A DNA stretch of 64,000 nt from an uncultured Gammaproteobacteria bacterium (lineage in GTDB: Bacteria; Patescibacteriota; Patescibacteriia; UBA10025; JAHIVO01): contig CAYPXF010000005.1 in the NCBI GenBank assembly GCA_964415025.1, positions 1,484 to 65,483 of the forward strand, read 5' to 3'. The translations under genes were made by a program, and so were the position numbers. The notes below the pieces were generated by a model, which was given only the letters and a program-made list of their open reading frames with translations, did not search any database and was not told the origin of the DNA. Numbering within the stretch: the stretch's first letter is position 1; each line of letters starts with the position of its first letter. Positions 36,085 through 45,728 of this stretch are shown one piece after another.

Positions 36085-36767
36085 AATACCGAACCGGATT
36101 TACCCTAACCGAACTGCTCATCTCTATCAGCATATTATCCCTGCTGACGATCATTATCATGGCAAACTTCCAGCACGGCCGGCGGGTGCAGGAATTGCGC
36201 CGGGCCGGCACCGAGCTGTCTCAGAATTTCCGGCTGGCCCAGAGCTATACTATCGGCGGCAATAGCGTTAATTTTTGCGATGTAAACAGCGATGATGATG
36301 CGTACCATCCGTGTATCAATGATGCAGCATGTGATGCAGGCAATGGCGAGTGTATTAATTCAGTGCCGCCAGGCGGGTATGGCATCCATCTCGGCTCTCC
36401 GTCAAGTTATAAATTATTCGGCGATACAGTCGACGATAATATATATGACACTGATCAGACTGATTACCTTGTCTTGGATAAATATTATACTGACCAGGGA
36501 ATTTCCTTTGTCCAATACAAATTAGGCGATGAAGCCGCGGTCGTGCCATCAGCCAGTGAATACCTAGATATAGTTTTTGAGCCGCCGGTAGGCACGATTA
36601 CCTTTTATCACAATGGCATCGAAGCAACCGACACTAGCACTGGACAGCTTATCAATGTAGCGCGCATATTAGTCGCCAGCAGTTTTGTGGATGAGCAATG
36701 CCGGACAATTACTATTAACAGGGTCTCTGGCCAGGTCAGCGAAGATCAGAGCGCCTGCAGTCTATAA
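36081..36767 (+). CDS. minor pilin (FimT/PilE-like)
   Basis: ATGA start/stop overlap with pilD; MKYRTG/FTLTELLISISILSLL leader. Confidence 0.75.
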   Translation: MKYRTGFTLTELLISISILSLLTIIIMANFQHGRRVQELRRAGTELSQNFRLAQSYTIGGNSVNFCDVNSDDDAYHPCINDAACDAGNGECINSVPPGGYGIHLGSPSSYKLFGDTVDDNIYDTDQTDYLVLDKYYTDQGISFVQYKLGDEAAVVPSASEYLDIVFEPPVGTITFYHNGIEATDTSTGQLINVARILVASSFVDEQCRTITINRVSGQVSEDQSACSL

Positions 36768-36770
36768 CGT

Positions 36771-37385
36771 ATGCGTATATATAAAGATAACCGAGGACAA
36801 AGTTTAGTGGAGCTGTTAGTCGCCCTGTTTATTTTAATTGTTGCCATCACCGCTACCATTGTTTTGATCGTGACCAGTATCAATGCCGGCCGGGACAGCC
36901 GCGACAAACTGGTCGGTACTAATCTGGCCCGCGAAGCGCTGGAAATAGTGCGCAATATCCGTGACAGCAATTGGACTGATCCGACTGCTGCTGACTGGCA
37001 CGAAGGGCTGACCGGCGGTAACACGGCCGTGCCGATTATCGATGGTGCGAGTGCATTCAGTCTTGATTTTACGGTAAGTGATTTTACCGATACCACGTGG
37101 ACCAGACTGCGGGAAACAGGCGGAGCGTTTGTACAGGATAGTGCTGATACCGGGAATTCCAGGTATTACCGCATGCTGTATATTAATCCAATCTGCCGGG
37201 ACGCGGCTGGTGATGACAATATTGCCACTGATTTGGATAATACTGATGCCTGCGGTAATGGGGTTCATACTGGCTATCCCCAGGAAGTTGGTCTGCGCGT
37301 CATAGCTGAAGTGCGGTATCCCAGCGCTGATTCTGATAAAAAAGTGCAGCTCGAGGAGCGGCTGTATGATTGGCAAGTTTTATAA
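36771..37385 (+). CDS. minor pilin (PilV-like)
   Basis: MRIYKDNRGQ/SLVELLVALFILIVAIT prepilin leader. Confidence 0.7.
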   Translation: MRIYKDNRGQSLVELLVALFILIVAITATIVLIVTSINAGRDSRDKLVGTNLAREALEIVRNIRDSNWTDPTAADWHEGLTGGNTAVPIIDGASAFSLDFTVSDFTDTTWTRLRETGGAFVQDSADTGNSRYYRMLYINPICRDAAGDDNIATDLDNTDACGNGVHTGYPQEVGLRVIAEVRYPSADSDKKVQLEERLYDWQVL

Positions 37386-37450
37386 ACAATTACCAATTTT
37401 CAATCAACAATTTCCAAGTAAGCCCCAATTTCTAATGTTCTAATACTCAA

Positions 37451-38182
37451 ATGAATTTTTCTAGGAATAATAAAGGATTTACCTTGATCGAGATGCTGAT
37501 CGCGCTGTCGATTTTTATTCTGGTCATGCTGGCCGGAGTCAATGTCTACTTCGTCATCAGCACGGCCCAGCACCGGACCGTGGCCCTGCAAAAAGTGCAG
37601 GATGACGTGCGGTATTTGTACGAGGCCATGGCCCAGGAAATCAGGCTCGGCACTATCAATTATACTTTTTACGATACAGAGAACATCAGCCTGCATCCGA
37701 ACATAAGCGGCGATGGAATAACTTCAATACTAGCACTCCAGGACCAGTTACATGTGCCGGTGTATTACCGTTTGCAGGGGACAGCGGTGCAATACTGCCG
37801 GGTAGACGATAGCGCTAGTATTGACTGTGATCTGACTGATCATGACCAGTGGCAAAATGTGACGCCCTCCGGGGTCGAGGTTACGAGCCTGGGATTTTTC
37901 ATCACCCCAAGTGCTGATCCGTTTGTTAATGCCGGAGAAGCGGTTGATTGTTCGAGCGGAGGACAAGCTGATTGCGATGTCTCATACCGCTGCGATGCCG
38001 GCGCAACCAACACTTGCTTATACTACAGTGACGGAAATAATTTTCAACCAAAAGTACAGATGCAGCTGACGGCCCGGGCGCTTGATAGCCGCATACCAGA
38101 GGAATCGCGCACGCTTCATTTCCAGACAATGGTTTCATCCAGAATTTTTCAGGGCCAAATCCAAAACAATAATTATGAGTAA
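37451..38182 (+). CDS. minor pilin (PilW-like)
   Basis: MNFSRNNKG/FTLIEMLIALSIFILVML prepilin leader. Confidence 0.75.
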   Translation: MNFSRNNKGFTLIEMLIALSIFILVMLAGVNVYFVISTAQHRTVALQKVQDDVRYLYEAMAQEIRLGTINYTFYDTENISLHPNISGDGITSILALQDQLHVPVYYRLQGTAVQYCRVDDSASIDCDLTDHDQWQNVTPSGVEVTSLGFFITPSADPFVNAGEAVDCSSGGQADCDVSYRCDAGATNTCLYYSDGNNFQPKVQMQLTARALDSRIPEESRTLHFQTMVSSRIFQGQIQNNNYE

Positions 38183-39533
38183 ACATTATTCACAACGCGG
38201 TTCTGTCTTATTGTATTCACTGCTGGTGATTACACTGCTGACGGCTATTGCCATCACCGTATCTATTATCGTGGTTAATGAGATCAAGCTAAGCGCGGCC
38301 TCGGCTAATGCAACCATGGCGTATTATGCGGCCGAGTCAGGCATAGAGCGCGGATTATATGAAGTAAAAATAAACCGTGACAGTGCCGCTCTTACATCGA
38401 CACTGAATACGATTCAGGGCTTCACCGCTGACCATGATTTTGTTAATAATGCTGATTATGCCAACGATCAGTCTGATCAAGAAAGCTCCTCCATCACTAA
38501 CGAGTTTATCGTCCATAATAACTATACCCAGGCTGATTATTATGATGTCGATGATCCGTTGGATACGACGCTGCCAGATAATACGATAGTCAAATCAATC
38601 GAAATAAAAAATGGCGATACTACAAACCCTGATTCCAGCTCGTGGGCAGAAGTATCCTGGACTGCCTGGGATGATTCGGGCACATTACTGGCGTCAGACA
38701 GAGCCAGAAAAATTATCGGACCAAGCGATCTGGAAGATCCGGGCTGGACAATAAATGATTTGGATGTTTTCGACGGTGATCCGGTTGGTTACCGCATCCG
38801 TATCCGGGCCCTATTTGGCGACCTTTCATCACTTACCGTAGTGCCGTATGACACGTTTGGTTCGCAGATAACTGACCAGCTGCCATCTCACATCCGCATC
38901 AAGTCAGTGGGTGAGCGTAATAACTTTAAGCAGTCGTTGACCGCCACGGTGCCGTGGAAAGTGCCGCTGTTTGGTTTGTATGACTATGTGCTGTTCAGCG
39001 AAGGGGAAATTATGAAGACAATTATCTTGAGCCAGCCGGTGTATAGTTCTGGAACCATCGGGGTAGAGGAGGATAATACAACGGCTGGTTTATGTACAAA
39101 CTGTGCCGGCGGTAGCTCATGTGCAGATGAAGGATGGCTGGCCACATCATGCAGTCTTACTGCCTCATGCACGATCCAGGCGGCGCCTAACCCATCGTAT
39201 TGTTCGCTACCGAGCGCTGTAGATTCATTCACATTGCCGATTCCTGATGAAGTATCGGCCGGACCAGAGTTTTATATCAGTCTGCGGGAAAAGGCTACTT
39301 CTGGTACAAGTCTGGAACTAAATATCAGTGATCCGATAGAGGGTGATCTGGGTTTGGTGCACGATATTCCGGCGGACAGTGATTGGCAGACGTGCACGAT
39401 TGCCGAGTCATTCCCCTTGAGCGGGGAAACAGGACGGAGTATCATGTTCAGCAACAGGAGCGCAAATAATATAGACATTGACTGGTACCAGATCAGCTCG
39501 TATAAGATATTTGATGACTGTGAGGGAAGTTAG
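38175..39533 (+). CDS. PilX-like minor pilin / pilus tip protein
   Basis: ATG at 38175 overlaps the previous stop (ATGA); MSKHYSQRGSVLLYSLLVITLLTAIAIT...AYYAAESGIE matches the PilX N-terminal domain; the ORF-track start at 38082 would overlap the upstream gene. Confidence 0.7.
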   Translation: MSKHYSQRGSVLLYSLLVITLLTAIAITVSIIVVNEIKLSAASANATMAYYAAESGIERGLYEVKINRDSAALTSTLNTIQGFTADHDFVNNADYANDQSDQESSSITNEFIVHNNYTQADYYDVDDPLDTTLPDNTIVKSIEIKNGDTTNPDSSSWAEVSWTAWDDSGTLLASDRARKIIGPSDLEDPGWTINDLDVFDGDPVGYRIRIRALFGDLSSLTVVPYDTFGSQITDQLPSHIRIKSVGERNNFKQSLTATVPWKVPLFGLYDYVLFSEGEIMKTIILSQPVYSSGTIGVEEDNTTAGLCTNCAGGSSCADEGWLATSCSLTASCTIQAAPNPSYCSLPSAVDSFTLPIPDEVSAGPEFYISLREKATSGTSLELNISDPIEGDLGLVHDIPADSDWQTCTIAESFPLSGETGRSIMFSNRSANNIDIDWYQISSYKIFDDCEGS

Positions 39534-39703
39534 TTTGGTTGTTGGTTGTTTGATGCTGGTTTTAGAATAAAGAAGAGTGTTTTGGATGTGAGGGGTGAGT
39601 CGGGATGCGTGTTGTAAGAGGTGTGATTACTCGTCACTAACCTCCAAACTCACTGCTCACTTCGGAAGCTTACACCACACTTCCCGCGTATGAAATATTA
39701 GCT

Positions 39704-41719
39704 ATGAACAAACAGGCAGCAAAATTACGGATAAAAAAACTGCGTGAGGAAATCAACCATCACCGCTATCTTTACCATGTCCTGGATCAGCAGGAAATTT
39801 CAGACGCGGCGCTGGATTCGCTCAAACACGAGCTGGATGAATTGGAAAAAAAATATCCTGATTTGATTACGGATGATTCACCGACCCAGCGTGTGGGCGG
39901 GGTAGCCCTGGATAAGTTTACTAAAGTAGAACATAGCACTCCGATGCTGTCGCTGAATGATGTGTTTTCATTTGATGGGCTAAAAGAATGGGAAGAGCGT
40001 AACCAAAAGCTTATACCGGAGAATATACAGCTGGATTATTACGCGGAAATAAAAATGGACGGACTGGCTGTAGCGCTGCTATACCGCGATGGCATGCTGG
40101 TGCAGGGCGCGACCAGGGGGGACGGGAAAATCGGAGAGGACATAACCCAAAATTTGCGTACGGTGGAAGCAATTCCGTTAGGCCTACGGCTAGAAAAACT
40201 GCCATCCGCTATTCAGAAAAAGGCTGCCGGTGAGATAGAAGTGCGCGGTGAAGTATACATGACTAAGAAGGTATTTGACCGGGTGAATAAAGAGCAGGAA
40301 AAGCAAGGCCTGCAGACATTTGCTAATCCGCGCAACGCGGCCGCCGGTTCAGTGCGCCAGCTGGACCCAAAGATTACTGCGGCACGTACCCTAAGTTTCG
40401 TCGCGTATGACCTGATGACAGATCTCGGACAGCAGACCCATGAGCAGGCGCACGAGATTGTCCAGCAGCTCGGCTTCCGGTCAAACAAACATAACCAGCA
40501 TTGCCAGGACATTACCGCGGTTGAAGCGTATCATAAGAAAGTAGGCAAAATCAGGGAACGATTTGCCTATTGGACCGACGGCATCGTGGTCAATGTCAAT
40601 AATCTGGAGACATTTAAACGGCTGGGCGTGGTAGGCAAAGCGCCGCGCGGTTCACTTGCCTATAAATACCCGGCCGAGCAGGCTACGACCGTAGTCGAGG
40701 ATATCCAGGTGCAGGTCGGCCGGACCGGCGCGCTGACGCCGGTAGCCCATCTCAAGCCGGTCCAGGTCGCCGGTACCACCGTGTCGCGGGCGACGCTGCA
40801 TAATATGGACGAAATAGGGCGGCTGGACGTGCGCATCCGCGATACGGTCATTATCCAAAAAGCCGGCGATATTATTCCAGACATCGTGGAAGTATTGTCC
40901 AATATGCGCACCGGACGTGAGAAAAAATTCCGCATGCCGAAGCAATGCCCGATATGCAATTCGCCGGTTGAACAGCGACCTGGTGAAGTAGCGCATTACT
41001 GCATAAACAAGCAGTGTTACGCCATACAAATTGAGCTGCTGGAGCATTTTATTTCCCGGAAAGGGTTTGACATCGACGGCCTGGGCCCGAAAATTCTGGA
41101 ACAACTATGGCAGGCTGATTTAGTTAAGTCTCCGGCTGACCTGTTTGTACTGCGCGAGGCGGATGTTGAGCCGCTAGAGCGGTTTGCAGAGAAATCATCG
41201 GAAAACCTGATTGCCTCAATACAGTCTTCAAAAAAAATAACACTGCCCCGTTTTATTTACGCGTTGGGCATCAGGCATGTGGGCGAGGAAACGGCTATTG
41301 TGCTGGCGCGTCATTTTGGTGTCCTGAAAAAATTGATGACAGCAGATTTGGAGGAGCTCACCGCACTGCACGACATCGGCGAGGTGGTGGCCCACAGTAT
41401 TTATGAGTATTTCCAGGATACGGGCAATCAAAAACTTATTAAAAAACTCCTGGAACAAGGAATCGATATCCAGCTGATGCAGCAGAAAGCGACTACTAAA
41501 TTATCAGGCAAATCGATCGTGATTACCGGTACGCTGGAAACGCTGTCGCGTGAAGAAGCAAAACAAAAAATCAGACAAGCCGGGGGTAAATGGGCGTCAT
41601 CTGTTTCAAAAAACACTGATTACGTCGTGGTGGGAAACAATCCCGGCACAAAAGCCGACAAAACAAAAAAAATTGGCGTTACCATGCTTACCGAGGCAGA
41701 TTTTTTGAAGCTTTTATAA
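39704..41719 (+). CDS. ligA: NAD-dependent DNA ligase
   Basis: 671 aa; adenylation motif KMDGLAV, OB fold, Zn-finger CPICNSPV...C, HhH and BRCT domains. Confidence 0.95.
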   Translation: MNKQAAKLRIKKLREEINHHRYLYHVLDQQEISDAALDSLKHELDELEKKYPDLITDDSPTQRVGGVALDKFTKVEHSTPMLSLNDVFSFDGLKEWEERNQKLIPENIQLDYYAEIKMDGLAVALLYRDGMLVQGATRGDGKIGEDITQNLRTVEAIPLGLRLEKLPSAIQKKAAGEIEVRGEVYMTKKVFDRVNKEQEKQGLQTFANPRNAAAGSVRQLDPKITAARTLSFVAYDLMTDLGQQTHEQAHEIVQQLGFRSNKHNQHCQDITAVEAYHKKVGKIRERFAYWTDGIVVNVNNLETFKRLGVVGKAPRGSLAYKYPAEQATTVVEDIQVQVGRTGALTPVAHLKPVQVAGTTVSRATLHNMDEIGRLDVRIRDTVIIQKAGDIIPDIVEVLSNMRTGREKKFRMPKQCPICNSPVEQRPGEVAHYCINKQCYAIQIELLEHFISRKGFDIDGLGPKILEQLWQADLVKSPADLFVLREADVEPLERFAEKSSENLIASIQSSKKITLPRFIYALGIRHVGEETAIVLARHFGVLKKLMTADLEELTALHDIGEVVAHSIYEYFQDTGNQKLIKKLLEQGIDIQLMQQKATTKLSGKSIVITGTLETLSREEAKQKIRQAGGKWASSVSKNTDYVVVGNNPGTKADKTKKIGVTMLTEADFLKLL

Positions 41720-41738
41720 TTATTGGTATACTGATTGT

Positions 41739-42041
41739 ATGGCTATTACCAAAACCGAAGTCGAAAAGCTCGCGCGGCTAGCGCGCATTAATCTAACACC
41801 AGAAGAAAAAGAGAAATTTAGCGAACAAATTTCTTCCATTTTAGAATATGTCAAACAGATCCAGGAGGTAGATACATCTGCTGTTCAGAATACGGTTAAC
41901 CAGCAGGCGTCTAAAAATGTATGGCGAGAGGATACGGTCGAGCCCTGCCAAAATGTGCGGGACAACATTGACCAGTTCCCGGAAAAGGTCGGCAGCCTGA
42001 ATAAGGTACCGTCGGTTTTTGAGAGAAATAAAAAGACCTAA
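41739..42041 (+). CDS. gatC: Asp/Glu-tRNA amidotransferase subunit C
   Basis: 100 aa; N-terminus MAITKTEVEKLARLARINLTPEEKEKF. Confidence 0.85.
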   Translation: MAITKTEVEKLARLARINLTPEEKEKFSEQISSILEYVKQIQEVDTSAVQNTVNQQASKNVWREDTVEPCQNVRDNIDQFPEKVGSLNKVPSVFERNKKT

Positions 42042-42052
42042 ATATTTTAAAA

Positions 42053-43513
42053 ATGGATATTACCACGCTGACAATTGAACAAGCGCGTCAGGGATTGGCT
42101 GATAAGCAGTTTTCCTCGGCTGAATTAACCGAAGCGTATTTGGCCGCCATAGAAAAAGTAAACCCCCAGGTGGAAGCATTTTTATCTATTCATACAGACC
42201 AGGCCCGTGATCAGGCCAGGGCAGCCGATAAACAGATCCAGGCCGGCCAGGCCGGACCGCTGACCGGTATTCCGCTGGCGATAAAAGACAATATTACAAT
42301 ACAGGGTACCACTGCCACGGCCGGTGCCAGCACCCTTTCGAACTATACCGCTACCTATGATGCCACAGTAATACAAAACCTACGCGAGTGCGGGGCAGTA
42401 TTCCTGGGAAAAACAAACCTGGATGAATTTGCCATGGGATCATCCACAGAAAATTCGACCCTGGCTACCACGAAAAACCCGTGGGATTTAGGTCGCGTAC
42501 CGGGCGGATCATCCGGCGGATCTGCAGCAGCAGTGGCTGCCCGGTTATGTGCCGGCGCACTCGGGTCTGACACAGGCGGCTCTATCCGCCAGCCGGCGTC
42601 ATTTTGCGGAACCGTCGGCCTGAAGCCGACCTATGGACGTGTGTCTCGACACGGACTCATCGCCATGTCATCTTCATTGGATCAAATCGGTCCGCTGACT
42701 GCTACGGTTCAGGATGCCGCATATATACTAGAAGCAATTGCTGGGCAGGATAGCAATGACAGTACCACCGTACCACACATGCCGCCCGGCATTAATGCGG
42801 ACCAGGATATCAAAGGGATGACAATAGGTGTACCGCGGGAATATTTTATAGAGGGTATGGATCATGAAGTGCGCCAGCTGGTAGAGCAAGCCATCAACAA
42901 ACTCAAAGAGCTCGGAGCAGAAATTCAGGAAGTATCATTACCGCTTACTAAGTATGCCCTGGCCGTATACCAGGTCATGATGACGGCAGAGGTATCGTCA
43001 AATTTGGCCCGGTATGATGGCATACGATACGGCCAACGCGAGCCGGCAGACACGTTATATGAGGTATATGCGCGGTCGCGAGCAGCTGGTTTTGGCGCTG
43101 AAACCAAACGGCGTATCATGCTGGGTACGTACGCGCTTTCGTCCGGCCACTATGACCAGTATTACCAACAAACACAGAAGTTACGCGTGCTTATCCGGAG
43201 CGAATTTGCTGATATATTTAAAAAAGTGGATTGCCTGGTCACGCCGACTGCGCCAACGGTAGCTTTTGCCCTCGGAGAAAAGTACGAAGACCCACTGACC
43301 ATGTATCTCTCGGATATTTATACGGTACCGGCAAATATAGGCGATATTTGCGCGCTCTCACTGCCGTGCGGCTTTGATGAAAGGATGCCGGTCGGCCTCC
43401 AGCTCATGGCCCAGCCGTTTGATGAGGCCACGCTTTTCCGTGTTGGTAATGCGTATGAGCGCGTCACTGACTGGCATCGGCGCGTGCCGCCAATCATTGA
43501 CATTGGCAGCTAG
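42053..43513 (+). CDS. gatA: Asp/Glu-tRNA amidotransferase subunit A (amidase)
   Basis: 486 aa; amidase signature GGSSGGSAAAVAA...GSDTGGSIRQPA. Confidence 0.95.
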   Translation: MDITTLTIEQARQGLADKQFSSAELTEAYLAAIEKVNPQVEAFLSIHTDQARDQARAADKQIQAGQAGPLTGIPLAIKDNITIQGTTATAGASTLSNYTATYDATVIQNLRECGAVFLGKTNLDEFAMGSSTENSTLATTKNPWDLGRVPGGSSGGSAAAVAARLCAGALGSDTGGSIRQPASFCGTVGLKPTYGRVSRHGLIAMSSSLDQIGPLTATVQDAAYILEAIAGQDSNDSTTVPHMPPGINADQDIKGMTIGVPREYFIEGMDHEVRQLVEQAINKLKELGAEIQEVSLPLTKYALAVYQVMMTAEVSSNLARYDGIRYGQREPADTLYEVYARSRAAGFGAETKRRIMLGTYALSSGHYDQYYQQTQKLRVLIRSEFADIFKKVDCLVTPTAPTVAFALGEKYEDPLTMYLSDIYTVPANIGDICALSLPCGFDERMPVGLQLMAQPFDEATLFRVGNAYERVTDWHRRVPPIIDIGS

Positions 43514-43547
43514 TCTCGGTATACTATACATACACTAACAATTTACA

Positions 43548-43982
43548 GTGCAGTTTATGGCAGAGGAAAAAGAGCAAAAGAACAAAAAATACGATACTAA
43601 GATATTGCTGATTGAGGACGATAAAATGCTGGCTGATATGTATATTACCAAGTTTTCAAAAGAAGGCATGGAGGTTATCCGAGCCGAAGACGGTGCCCAG
43701 GGTCTGGAAATAGCTAAAAAAGAAAAACCTGACTTAATTCTGCTTGATATTATCATGCCCAAGCTTGATGGTTTTGCCGTACTGCGTGAACTGCGCAAAG
43801 ATTCGGATATAGGCAAAACACACGTACTCCTGCTGACAAACCTCGGCCAATCAGAGGATGTAGAAAAGGGCCAGGAGCTGGGAGCAGACGATTACTTTAT
43901 CAAGGCTAACCATACGCCGGCCGAAATCGTGGAAAAGGTAAAATACCTCCTCTCGAAAAAAGAAAAAGAAGAAAATTCATAA
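43548..43982 (+). CDS. stand-alone REC-domain response regulator (paralog of the one at 28512)
   Basis: 144 aa; KILLIEDDKMLADMY...LLDIIMPKLDGFAVL...LLTNLGQSEDV. Confidence 0.8.
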   Translation: MQFMAEEKEQKNKKYDTKILLIEDDKMLADMYITKFSKEGMEVIRAEDGAQGLEIAKKEKPDLILLDIIMPKLDGFAVLRELRKDSDIGKTHVLLLTNLGQSEDVEKGQELGADDYFIKANHTPAEIVEKVKYLLSKKEKEENS

Positions 43983-43987
43983 AACAT

Positions 43988-44587
43988 ATGTCACATCAAG
44001 ATCCACGGCTGGAAAAAACAGTCGTTTTATTAAAACCCGACACCGTTAAAAGGGGACTTATCGGAGAAATCATCGGCCGATTCGAAAAAGCTGGCTTCAA
44101 GATGGCAGCTCTCAAAATGGTCTGGGTGCAGGCGGACATTGTCGCCAAGCATTATCCGGATAATAAAGAGTATTTGACTACAGTTGGCGAGAAGACACTT
44201 AAAACATACGAAGAGTACGGCCGTGATGCTAATGAGGAATTAGGCACGAGAGATCCTTATGAGATAGGCAAGAAAGTACGTGAGTGGAATATGACATTTT
44301 TGAGCTCGGGTCCGGTGGTGGCAATATTGCTCCAGGGCACACACGCAGTAGATGCAGTGCGTATGATGGTGGGCAATACGTTGCCGCGGTTTGCCGAGGC
44401 AGGTACAATCCGCGGTGACTTTTCGCTGGACTCCCCGATTTTAGCTAATCAGCAAAAACGGACGGTTAAAAACATGATACATGCCTCCGGAACGATCGAG
44501 GAAGCTGAATTTGAAGAACAACTGTGGTTCCGCACAAATGAAATCCATGACTATAAACGGGCAGATGAAGACGTGATGTTTGAATAG
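43988..44587 (+). CDS. ndk: nucleoside diphosphate kinase
   Basis: 199 aa; LEKTVVLLKPDTVKRGLIGEIIGRFEKAGFKMAALKM; the NDK fold carries an insertion. Confidence 0.85.
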   Translation: MSHQDPRLEKTVVLLKPDTVKRGLIGEIIGRFEKAGFKMAALKMVWVQADIVAKHYPDNKEYLTTVGEKTLKTYEEYGRDANEELGTRDPYEIGKKVREWNMTFLSSGPVVAILLQGTHAVDAVRMMVGNTLPRFAEAGTIRGDFSLDSPILANQQKRTVKNMIHASGTIEEAEFEEQLWFRTNEIHDYKRADEDVMFE

Positions 44588-44635
44588 ATTTTGAAAACTT
44601 CTTTTTGAAAAAGTAGTTTTTGAATTTTAATTAAT

Positions 44636-44663
44636 TTGACAAACTTTTAGCAACTGGTATACT
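44636..44663 (+). promoter_or_regulatory. sigma70-like promoter (TTGACA-16 nt-TATACT)
   Basis: consensus -35 and good -10 directly upstream of a small ORF. Confidence 0.5.
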
Positions 44664-44675
44664 ACTGAATAATAC

Positions 44676-44801
44676 ATGTGGAAAAAATATTACATGCAAA
44701 TACATAAACCTACAATAGATAATACAAATTACACGCTCATCGGCGCGGCGCTTATTATTGGCATTATTATTCTCGCTAGCGGCTTGATGGTCAGCCTGTA
44801 A
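44676..44801 (+). CDS. possible 41-aa small membrane peptide (MWKKYYMQIHKPTIDNTNYTLIGAALIIGIIILASGLMVSL)
   Basis: own promoter and terminator; one C-terminal TM helix; alternative ATG at 44694; below the ORF-track cutoff. Confidence 0.3.
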   Translation: MWKKYYMQIHKPTIDNTNYTLIGAALIIGIIILASGLMVSL

Positions 44802-44828
44802 TTATTTATACATACGCACTGTTACAGA

Positions 44829-44853
44829 CTAGCCATCAAGCGGCTAGTTTTTT
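44829..44853 (+). terminator. rho-independent terminator
   Basis: CTAGCC-atcaagc-GGCTAG hairpin followed by TTTTTT. Confidence 0.6.
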
Positions 44854-44920
44854 CGATATAGATTTATACAGAAACAAACCACCAAAATATTTCGCACCTT
44901 ACAACAAAGGAAGGGACTAT

Positions 44921-45145
44921 ATGGGCACGCATCCTACTGGGATTCGTCAGCTTATCGAAGCCATGGCGCAAAAGCCATCCCTGTGCCATCAGGCACCGCG
45001 TGAGATGATCATTACTGATGAATGTATCGGCGTCCGTTGCTCGCAATGCCGGGACGACTATTTACTGGTCAGAGATCCCGTATCGAAAAAGTACGGGCTT
45101 CAAGTGAAAAATGCTAATAAAAAAGAATCACCAAAAAGTTTTTAG
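44921..45145 (+). CDS. small Cys-containing protein (possible zinc ribbon), 74 aa
   Basis: AAGGAAGGG RBS; C..C..CSQC pattern. Confidence 0.45.
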   Translation: MGTHPTGIRQLIEAMAQKPSLCHQAPREMIITDECIGVRCSQCRDDYLLVRDPVSKKYGLQVKNANKKESPKSF

Positions 45146-45158
45146 GGAGGAAGTCACT

Positions 45159-45335
45159 ATGCAGGTACGGCCAGAAGATCAAAGATCCAAAAAAGATACG
45201 ATCAGGGACCAGAGTAACAACTGTCCCAAGTGCGGACGTTTGCTGGATATCCGACCGGCGCATGACGCCATGCTGCCAAACGGACTGGAACAGTACTGCG
45301 CTTCACGTATATGTGGTTATTACCGTAGAATATAG
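45159..45335 (+). CDS. small zinc-ribbon-like protein, 58 aa
   Basis: AGGGAGG RBS 8 nt upstream of ATG 45159; CPKC...C.SRIC. Confidence 0.45.
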   Translation: MQVRPEDQRSKKDTIRDQSNNCPKCGRLLDIRPAHDAMLPNGLEQYCASRICGYYRRI

Positions 45336-45370
45336 TGGTATTCAGGGATGAATCAGAGCAAGGATGCTCA

Positions 45371-45406
45371 ATCCCCCCTGCTTAAAACAGCAGGGGGATT
45401 TTTTTC
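45371..45406 (+). terminator. rho-independent terminator
   Basis: ATCCCCCCTGC...GCAGGGGGAT hairpin plus TTTTTTT. Confidence 0.65.
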
Positions 45407-45505
45407 GAATATATGCTGGATATCTCAAAACAGGCAAGCGTTCGATAATCTTCCGCACGTAGCCCGCTCGTTCCGAGCGAACCGCTTCGTACTGTATGAC
45501 ATCAA

Positions 45506-45579
45506 TCGGGGTGGCGGGACTTGAACCCGCGACCTCACGCACCCCATGCGTACGCGCTAGCCAACTGCGCTACACCCCG
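45506..45579 (-). tRNA. tRNA-Pro (anticodon GGG), 74 nt, no encoded CCA
   Basis: revcomp folds as acceptor CGGGGTG/CACCCCG, D arm GCGC-AGTTGGCTA-GCGC, anticodon stem TACGC/GCGTG with loop AUGGGGU (GGG at 34-36, G37), T arm GCGGG-TTCAAGT-CCCGC. Confidence 0.85.
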
Positions 45580-45676
45580 GTTGGTTCCACAAGTCAATAA
45601 GCGCCTATCCCTCCGTATAACTATATGATAGTATCCTGTATTATACGTCGCTTTTGTATAAATGCAAATATTCAGC

Positions 45677-45713
45677 TAAAAAAATCCCCACTGTTAAATA
45701 TAACAGTGGGGAG
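45677..45713 (-). terminator. rho-independent terminator for the minus-strand gene at 45729-46328
   Basis: perfect 11-bp stem CCCCACTGTTA/TAACAGTGGGG with the T-run on the minus strand. Confidence 0.65.
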
Positions 45714-45728
45714 TGATGCATAATATTA

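Noticed and set aside
39534-39703. Possible structured leader upstream of ligA (GGTGT...ACACC pairing around a CTTC-G-GAAG hairpin)
   Set aside because: The helices are short and imperfect and I could not build a convincing fold by eye. This is more likely ordinary intergenic sequence.
45342-45542. 66-aa minus-strand ORF
   Set aside because: It overlaps the tRNA-Pro gene and a terminator, so it is spurious.
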